This document shows positions 57,642 through 64,000 of a stretch of 64,000 nucleotides of DNA, in pieces. A program made the position numbers and the translations under genes. The stretch comes from Candidatus Omnitrophota bacterium (GTDB lineage: Bacteria > Omnitrophota > Gorgyraeia > Zapsychrales > Fredricksoniimonadaceae), in NCBI GenBank assembly GCA_028870995.1, contig JAGWOI010000005.1:39807-103806 (forward strand), read 5' to 3'. Numbering within the stretch: position 1 is the first letter of the stretch; each line of letters starts with the position of its first letter. Below the pieces are notes generated by a model. It was given only the letters and a program-made list of their open reading frames with translations. It did no database searches and was not told where the DNA came from.

Positions 57642-60098
57642 ATGATCCCCCGCATTATCGTTTGCCTTTTTCTTGGGACGGCTTTCATAGGGCTGTCTTC
57701 GCCAACCTTGGCCCAGACGACTGAAAACGATCTTTTGTCCGCCGCCCAGCAAGCGTTCAATGACGGGTTCAGTGATGTCGCTACCCGATATTTGCGTGAT
57801 TTTCTGGAAAAGTACCCGCAGAGCCCGAACCTGCCTGAGGCCAAACTTTTGCTGGGCCAGTGTGATTTTTTGCAGGGGGATTATGGCAAGGCCCTGTCGA
57901 TGTTCAAATCCTTAAGCCGGCAAAAGGACAAAAGGGACGAGATCCTTTTTTGGCGGGGCGAGTCCTATTTGAAGGAAAACCGTTTTGCCGAGGCCCAGCA
58001 TGATTACCAGGCCGTTATAAGGCAATTTCCCCAGTCGGCCTATGTGCCGCAGGCGTATTATTCCTTGGGCTGGTCGTTCTTTGAGCAAAAAAATTTCGAC
58101 CAGGCCAAGATGGTTTTTTTACATCTGACGGCCCAATTCCCCGGTCATCAGCTAAGCCAGGATGCTCTCTTGAAAATAGCAGAGTGTGATTACAACGCCG
58201 GCCGTTTCCAGGATGCCGTCGGTGATTTCCAGGCATTCACCCGCAAATACCCGAAATCCGACCACTGGTGCGACGCTAATTTCGATATGGCCGAAAGCCT
58301 GTATTATTTGGGCGATCTGGAACGCGCCCTTGGTCTTTATCAAAAAACCTTGAACGGCTCCTGCGGTGACGGCTTGAAATTGGCGGCCTTCACGGCCCAA
58401 GGATGGATTTATATCAAGCTGAATAAATTCGATGAGGCGCAGAAGGTGTTCCATAAAGCTGAAGCCAAGGCCAAGGCCAAGGGGCTTTCCGATGAGGAAG
58501 TGCTCTTGGGGGAGGCCAACCTGGCGTACAACAGAGGGGATTATGCCAAGTCTTTGGACTTGTTTACGGATTTCATCAATAACTATCCCAACAGTCCTCA
58601 CTGGGCCCAAGGGTACCTCGGCCGGGCGGATGTGTTGTACCTTTTAAAAAGGTATGAGGAGGCCAGGCAGGATTACCTGCGCCTGGAAGGCCAGCAAGAC
58701 CAGGACATTCTTGAAAAATCGCAGCTGGGCTTGGGATGGACCGAATTAAAGTTAGGGCATTTGCCCCTGGCCATTGCCCATTTCCAGGCCGTATTCGACA
58801 AGGCCGAGGACGCCGATACCAAAGCCAATGCGCTCATTCAAATGGGGGATGCCTATCAGGAAAGCGGCCAATGGGATGATGCCGCCGAGACGTACGGCCG
58901 GGTCAAAAAAATGTATCCGGGCAGTTCCCTGATGGATTATGTACTTTACCGTCAGGCCATTGCCTTCCTAAAGTCGGTCAAGATCTCCGCTTCCCTGGAT
59001 GATTTCAAAACCCTTCAAGACAAATTCCCCCGCAGTAAATATCTCGAGGATATCGATTATTACCTGGGGGTGATCAGTTTCAAAAAAGGGGACTGGTCCC
59101 GGAGCGCCAAGATGATGGACAAGTACCTTAAGGGCTTAAACCGTCCCAGCGAATTTACGCCGGATGCCAACTACATCCTGGCCCTGTCTTACCTGAATAT
59201 GAATGAGGCGGAAGAGGCGTTGCGGTATTTTCAAAAAATTTTAAGGCTGTATCCCAATAATACTGATATCGACCAGAATGCGGATATCGGGATCGCCAAG
59301 TGCCTCTTCGACCTGGGCCAGACCGCCGAAGCGGTGAAAAGATTCAAGCTGGTCGTTTATAAATATCCCAAGACCGGCACGCAATTTGAAGCCTTATTAT
59401 GGCTGGCCCAATATTATCTGAAGAATGGCGACGGGAATTCGGCCGTCGGTTTTTACAAGGCCATCATAGACAGCTTCCCTGATTCCCCGCAACTGGACCA
59501 AATCCATTATGAATTGGGTCAGGCCTATGAACTCATAGGCAACTCCGACCGCGCCTTGGAGCAATACAAAGCAGTTTCGGGCAGGAACAAATCTTTGATG
59601 GGAAAAACCAGGCTTGCCATGGCCGGCATCATTTCCAAGGACTTCGGCATTGACCGGTCCGCCGCGGCCTATGAAGAGATCATTGCCGCCTGGCCTGATT
59701 ATGCCGGCGAAGCTTATCTGAAATTAGGGCAACTGTACCGCAATGCCCAGGATTATGAAGACGAGCTCAAGGTCTACCGCAGGGCGTTGGATGCCAAAGA
59801 GGGTACCATCGACCGGGCCAGGATCCAGTTCAACCTGGCCGACACCCTTGAGCTCATGAGCCGCACTGACGAGGCTATCGCCGAATATTTAAAAATCCCG
59901 CTGAGCTTCTCCAATGAGCGCTCCTGGGTGGTGAAAGCCTACCTGCGGGTGGCCAAGATCTATGAAGAAAACCAGGACTGGGAGGGAGCCCGCCTGACCT
60001 ATCAGAAAATCATCCAGTTGAAGACTCCGGAGGCGGCTTACGCCCAGGAACGCTTGGACTGGATCAAAAATAACGCCGGAAAGATGAGGGGGCCATGA
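57642..60098 (+). CDS. Large exported TPR protein (CpoB/BamD-type repeats)
   Basis: Signal peptide; many (F/Y)PxS...A...LG repeats over 818 aa. Confidence 0.9.
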   Translation: MIPRIIVCLFLGTAFIGLSSPTLAQTTENDLLSAAQQAFNDGFSDVATRYLRDFLEKYPQSPNLPEAKLLLGQCDFLQGDYGKALSMFKSLSRQKDKRDEILFWRGESYLKENRFAEAQHDYQAVIRQFPQSAYVPQAYYSLGWSFFEQKNFDQAKMVFLHLTAQFPGHQLSQDALLKIAECDYNAGRFQDAVGDFQAFTRKYPKSDHWCDANFDMAESLYYLGDLERALGLYQKTLNGSCGDGLKLAAFTAQGWIYIKLNKFDEAQKVFHKAEAKAKAKGLSDEEVLLGEANLAYNRGDYAKSLDLFTDFINNYPNSPHWAQGYLGRADVLYLLKRYEEARQDYLRLEGQQDQDILEKSQLGLGWTELKLGHLPLAIAHFQAVFDKAEDADTKANALIQMGDAYQESGQWDDAAETYGRVKKMYPGSSLMDYVLYRQAIAFLKSVKISASLDDFKTLQDKFPRSKYLEDIDYYLGVISFKKGDWSRSAKMMDKYLKGLNRPSEFTPDANYILALSYLNMNEAEEALRYFQKILRLYPNNTDIDQNADIGIAKCLFDLGQTAEAVKRFKLVVYKYPKTGTQFEALLWLAQYYLKNGDGNSAVGFYKAIIDSFPDSPQLDQIHYELGQAYELIGNSDRALEQYKAVSGRNKSLMGKTRLAMAGIISKDFGIDRSAAAYEEIIAAWPDYAGEAYLKLGQLYRNAQDYEDELKVYRRALDAKEGTIDRARIQFNLADTLELMSRTDEAIAEYLKIPLSFSNERSWVVKAYLRVAKIYEENQDWEGARLTYQKIIQLKTPEAAYAQERLDWIKNNAGKMRGP

Positions 60099-60766
60099 GC
60101 GTCGTTTTTACCAACGCGTGGGGGATCTTACTTAAAGGCGGTCCTATGATCTGGCCGATCCTGCTGCTATCCATATTGGCCGTCTCGGTGGGGCTTGAGA
60201 AGTTTTTGTTTTTGAATGCCGTCGACAAACATATCCGGCGATTCAGGCCCGATTTTTTCAAGGCCGTGCGGGAAGGGCGCATGAAGGAAGCCATGGCCCT
60301 TTGCGAAGAACGGCCCGACGGTTTGGGACCTGTTTGCAAGGCCGGTTTGATGAAATTCGGGTTTTCCGTCGATTTGATGAGGGCCAAGATGGCTGAAGCG
60401 GCCGATTTCGAAATCCATGCCTTGAAGGAGCGCATGGACCTGCTGGCTTTTGTGGTCAATGCCGCCCCTTTGCTGGGCCTGTTGGGGACAACAGTGGCCT
60501 TTTGTGTGGTATTTCACGCTGCGCAGATGCGTTCCAATGCCCTGAATCCCTTAAGCCTCGGGGACATGTCCTCGGGGATATGGCAGGCGCTGGTGACGAC
60601 GTCGGCCGGTTTGGCCGTGGGTATTATCAGTTTTGCCATTTACGCCTTTTGCGCCTCGCGGGTCAACCGTGTTATTTCAGATTTTGAACAAACCATCAGC
60701 GAGACGGTGGGTCTTTTGCAGTCCGTTTCGCAATCGATCGATGAAAACAGGGACGGGGGATCATGA
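60095..60766 (+). CDS. MotA/TolQ/ExbB proton-channel family protein
   Basis: GGPMIWPI, APLLGLLGT, GIWQALVTT..GL. Confidence 0.92.
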   Translation: MSVVFTNAWGILLKGGPMIWPILLLSILAVSVGLEKFLFLNAVDKHIRRFRPDFFKAVREGRMKEAMALCEERPDGLGPVCKAGLMKFGFSVDLMRAKMAEAADFEIHALKERMDLLAFVVNAAPLLGLLGTTVAFCVVFHAAQMRSNALNPLSLGDMSSGIWQALVTTSAGLAVGIISFAIYAFCASRVNRVISDFEQTISETVGLLQSVSQSIDENRDGGS

Positions 60767-61155
60767 GTCTTGAGCATTCGAGGGTCAGGACCAATATCTT
60801 TCATCCCGTCTTGGGCGTTGCTTTTATCAATTTTGTTTTGACGATGGCGGTTTTGATCATGTCCGCCACCGTCTTTGCAAAGCCCGCCGGCGTGCTGATG
60901 GAACTGCCCTCCTCGAGGGAGGATTTTCCGGCCGAGGGGATCGTCATCAAGATCACGAGCGAGAACGTCATTTATATCGACAGGCATGTGGTCACCCTGA
61001 CTGAGCTGAAGAGTTTTCTGGTCCGGGAAGGCCAGGCTTTAAGCGTGCTGACCGTTAAGGCCGACAGCCGCGCTTCCATGGGACGTGTGGCCGATGTTCT
61101 TAATTTATGCCGGGGTCTTTCAGGGGTACAGGTTAATGTCGGGACGGTTCTTTAA
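60763..61155 (+). CDS. ExbD/TolR family protein, atypical (Asn at the conserved TM Asp position)
   Basis: Single TM, ELP linker, VKADSRASMGRVADVL C-terminal motif; ATGA overlap with exbB. Confidence 0.85.
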   Translation: MSLEHSRVRTNIFHPVLGVAFINFVLTMAVLIMSATVFAKPAGVLMELPSSREDFPAEGIVIKITSENVIYIDRHVVTLTELKSFLVREGQALSVLTVKADSRASMGRVADVLNLCRGLSGVQVNVGTVL

Positions 61156-61414
61156 GATCCTGTTCGGTGTTATTTTAGCTCATGGGCTTGGGCTTACGTT
61201 CGTCTGGGTGGGTTTTTTTACACCTTTGTCCAGGCCTCCGGCTGTTTTTATTTACCAAGGTTTTTTGCCGCCAGGGGAGGCTGTAAGCGCGCGGCAAGCC
61301 TGGCCAAAAGAAAAGTTGCCTCTCGGCTATGACCGTGCCGTGGAGAATTCGAATCGCTGGATGGCCCTGAGAGGCCCACAAAAACCTTCGCACCATGTTT
61401 ATTTGGGATTTTAA
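61136..61414 (+). CDS. Short single-TM protein with TM His; possible truncated TonB/TolA-like transducer
   Basis: FKILFGVILAHGLGLTFVWV then Pro-rich tail; overlaps both neighbours in the tonB position. Confidence 0.55.
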   Translation: MSGRFFKILFGVILAHGLGLTFVWVGFFTPLSRPPAVFIYQGFLPPGEAVSARQAWPKEKLPLGYDRAVENSNRWMALRGPQKPSHHVYLGF

Positions 61415-61619
61415 CGTTATAGTGGCCTTGAGCTTAGGGCTGGCCCTCACGGTTGTGCTGGCTGCATGGGTGTTCTATACTTTAAAAAGAAGGCGTCCGG
61501 CGGTTTTAAGCGAGCAGGAGTTCTTTAAGCAGTGCGGGTTTTGCGGCTTCCTGTATTTTGATTATTCAAAAAAATCGCCTGGCACCTGTCCGCGCTGCGG
61601 CAGTTATCAGGATAGATGA
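61395..61619 (+). CDS. Small membrane-anchored zinc-ribbon protein
   Basis: TM helix, KRRR, then CGFC-x14-CPRC. Confidence 0.7.
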   Translation: MFIWDFNVIVALSLGLALTVVLAAWVFYTLKRRRPAVLSEQEFFKQCGFCGFLYFDYSKKSPGTCPRCGSYQDR

Positions 61620-61644
61620 GACCGTCATTCTAGAAGGAGTTGGC

Positions 61645-61980
61645 ATGTTCCCTCAGTTTAAAAAGATCGATAATGAATCCGGGATCATCCTTTTTGTGGT
61701 GTTGATGACGGCCATCATCATCATGCTTTTTGCCTTGGGGATATTGACCCAAAGCCTGAACGAAATCAATTACGCCCAGCAGCAGATCGACCAGATCGCC
61801 ACGGACGAACTGTCCAGGGGCATGTTCTGGAATTGGTATTCCACCAGCAGCACCGCTCCCGCAAGCCCGTCCGGTACGATGACCATTAACAATAGGACTT
61901 ATGGCTGGTCCATGAGCTATTTGGGCGCTTCCACTTCCAATCAGGTCAGCGTCACCGCCAACTATGATACCTTCCAATAA
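61645..61980 (+). CDS. Minor pilin/pseudopilin (PilX/GspK-like, no Glu5)
   Basis: Class III signal KKIDNESG|IILFVVLM followed by a hydrophobic helix; AAGGAG RBS. Confidence 0.75.
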   Translation: MFPQFKKIDNESGIILFVVLMTAIIIMLFALGILTQSLNEINYAQQQIDQIATDELSRGMFWNWYSTSSTAPASPSGTMTINNRTYGWSMSYLGASTSNQVSVTANYDTFQ

Positions 61981-62075
61981 TTTTCACCAAACAGCGGTTG
62001 ACAAAGGCTTGCTGATATTGTCTAATAAAATTTAAAAGATATTTATAATTTTTCACCCTTATGAAATAAAGGGCC

Positions 62076-63605
62076 ATGGCTTCTGTCAAAAGAATAGGCT
62101 TCTTTTTAGGCGATGATAAGATCACCCTTATCGAGTTCGAAAGAAATTCGCCCGTACGTATCATCGCCGCGCCCTTAGGTTTGAAGGGCGGCAGCGCTTC
62201 CGCTTTTTCATCCGATCTCACCGAAGAAATCCAGATCATCGCCGTCCTTAAGAAAATGCTCCAGGACGGCCGGATCGCCAACGGCGTCTTTCATGTGTCC
62301 CTGCCCATGAAGGAGATCATTCTGCGTTCCTTCGTGATCCCGTTTGTCAAGACGGATGATCTGGCGAATGCCATTAAATTTGAGGCCAAAAGGTACCTGC
62401 CGTTCGACATCCAGGATCTGTCTTATGTTTTTCACACCATGCCTATCTCCGATGGGACGCAAAAACAGCTGCAGGTCATCTTCTTTGCCGCCCGTAAAGA
62501 CGTTCTGTCCCGCTATGAACGCATTTTTGCCCAAGTGAATATGCCCGTCTCCCATGGGGAGCCGTATATCGTCAGTCTGACCAAGGCTCTGTTGTTCAGG
62601 AAGGAGATCCGGTCTTCCGAACACCTGGCTTTTTTGACGCTGGACCAGAATTTTGGCCGTATTTGTTTTATCAATAACGGCATACCGCAGTTCATCCGGG
62701 AATTTTCCGTCGGAGCCGCCATTCAATCGGAAGAAGAGGCGCAGCCGGCAGAGAATATTACGCCTAAAATCGTCAATGAAGTGGGTAATTCCTTCGAGTT
62801 CTATTCAAGGCAATTCAACGGCGAAGGGATCAAAAACATGCTGGTGTTGTCTGAATTCGTCCAGAAGGACCTGCTGGAGGCGTTGGAGGCGGAGTTAAAA
62901 TTAAAGGTCTCGAAATTTTCTCCCGTCATCAATACCGGGGCTTTTGGGCAAAGCAACGACATCGATGCCATTTACGCCATGGGTGCCTGTGTCCCGCCTT
63001 CGGTCGACGCCCTGGCCCAATTTAATTTTATCGAAGACAAGACCACTGTTCCCTCCGCCGGGGAGAAGGCTTTCAAGGCGCTCAAGCCTTTCAAGGAAAA
63101 TATCCTGGCCCTTGTCATCAGCCTTATCTTTCTGATCGCCATCTATGCTTTTTTCCAGCTGCGCTTGCAATTGATTCAAGGGCAATACAAGCGACTGACA
63201 GCCAAGGAAGGCGCTTTCTTAATCCAGAGCCAGGGGGACATAGAGGCCCTGCTCCAGAAAAGCGCCGATAAATTGCATCAGTATAAGAATGTCAGTATCC
63301 GAAGCGATCTGGCAGGTCTGATTTTACGTTTGGCCTCCCACGTGCCTCAAGGGACGCTGTTGACAAAGTTGACGATTGATAACAGCCTGGGTGATACCAA
63401 GGATGCGCACATGACCATTGACATCGAAGGGGTTGTGGTTGTTGGAGGGGCCAATGAACAAATAGCGTCGGTAAGGAATATGTTTTCCGATTTTCAGGAC
63501 GATAAGGAATTGGCTAAGGTCATCAGTAATGTGAGTTTGGGATCATTAAGCCGCCAAACCTATAAGGGTAAAGAAGCGACAGGGTTCACCATCCATTTTT
63601 CATAA
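62076..63605 (+). CDS. PilM-like actin-fold domain fused to TM + PilN-like periplasmic domain (GspL architecture)
   Basis: AIKFEAKRYLPF and EVGNSFEFY PilM motifs; TM near aa 345-362; LASHVPQGTLLTKL PilN-like motif. Confidence 0.8.
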   Translation: MASVKRIGFFLGDDKITLIEFERNSPVRIIAAPLGLKGGSASAFSSDLTEEIQIIAVLKKMLQDGRIANGVFHVSLPMKEIILRSFVIPFVKTDDLANAIKFEAKRYLPFDIQDLSYVFHTMPISDGTQKQLQVIFFAARKDVLSRYERIFAQVNMPVSHGEPYIVSLTKALLFRKEIRSSEHLAFLTLDQNFGRICFINNGIPQFIREFSVGAAIQSEEEAQPAENITPKIVNEVGNSFEFYSRQFNGEGIKNMLVLSEFVQKDLLEALEAELKLKVSKFSPVINTGAFGQSNDIDAIYAMGACVPPSVDALAQFNFIEDKTTVPSAGEKAFKALKPFKENILALVISLIFLIAIYAFFQLRLQLIQGQYKRLTAKEGAFLIQSQGDIEALLQKSADKLHQYKNVSIRSDLAGLILRLASHVPQGTLLTKLTIDNSLGDTKDAHMTIDIEGVVVVGGANEQIASVRNMFSDFQDDKELAKVISNVSLGSLSRQTYKGKEATGFTIHFS

Positions 63606-63610
63606 ACCTT

Positions 63611-64000
63611 ATGCTGAATCTAGATAAAATCAGTAAAGCCCCACAGGTCAACCTCAGTGATCTTAATTTAAAACAGGTGACCACGCTTTTGATCGAATAC
63701 CGTAAGGCGATCAATATCCTGCTGTTGATAGGCGCCCTGATTTGGGCGGCCATGATGTTTATGGACTACCGTTCCAAGGCCGAGACGCTGCGTACGCAGA
63801 TTGCGCGTGAACAGGCCAAACTCAATGTCATCAATGAGCTTAATAAGTCCGATCAAAATTTTAATGAGTTCCGTTCTTCCCTGCCCAGGCGGCTCAATGA
63901 ATTCGAGTTGGCGACACAGATCTCCAAGGATGCCGACCAGTATCATATCAACCTCCCGTCTTTTAACTCAGCGGTCCCGTCTAAGGACAAGGGAATATAT
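63611..64000 (+). CDS. PilO/GspM-like protein; 3'-partial
   Basis: Open from ATG 63611 to the window end: TM (INILLLIGALIWAAMMF), coiled coil, SLPRR..E motif. Confidence 0.7.
   Translation, partial: MLNLDKISKAPQVNLSDLNLKQVTTLLIEYRKAINILLLIGALIWAAMMFMDYRSKAETLRTQIAREQAKLNVINELNKSDQNFNEFRSSLPRRLNEFELATQISKDADQYHINLPSFNSAVPSKDKGIY

Noticed and set aside
1-64000. CRISPR array, tRNA/rRNA, IS element or prophage
   Set aside because: Intergenic gaps are short and show no spaced direct repeats or cloverleafs; no transposase, integrase or virion ORFs

Overview
Gene-dense bacterial chromosomal segment, mostly housekeeping, with no rRNA, tRNA, CRISPR array, transposase, integrase or phage gene that I can support. 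In order: 3' end of a sensor kinase, leuCD-ilvD-aroC plus small accessory genes, acyl-CoA dehydrogenase, a cNMP/P-loop/patatin fusion, an nfu-PCD-Rrf2-sufBCDSU-moaA cluster, a GT-C-like membrane protein, ispH-fdx-moaE-murB divergent from ispG, a GH26 enzyme, bcp, a 7TM-GAF-GGEEF cyclase, a PHP-family histidinol phosphatase, folE-folM-folX/folB, fabG-acpP-fabF-leuB-asd-truA, rplM-rpsI, argCJBDFGH-lysA-dapFAB-dapL-folK-panC-nadX, a small lysine-rich tandem-repeat protein, uvrA, then a TPR-exbB-exbD-mini-TonB-Zn-ribbon locus leading into type IV filament genes (pilX-like, pilM/N fusion, partial pilO). Gene content resembles Ca. Omnitrophota (PVC) but that is an unverified impression. The best candidate for an undescribed system is the envelope locus at 57.6-64 kb: its ExbD/TolR homologue has Asn where the essential proton-carrying Asp should be, and its TonB-like partner has no C-terminal domain. 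Also notable are a probable nucleoid-associated protein built from a 33-aa duplication, a patatin with degenerate sensor domains, a pterin dehydratase embedded in the SUF operon, and several apparently leaderless genes. All product calls come from motif recognition by eye; no database search was run.
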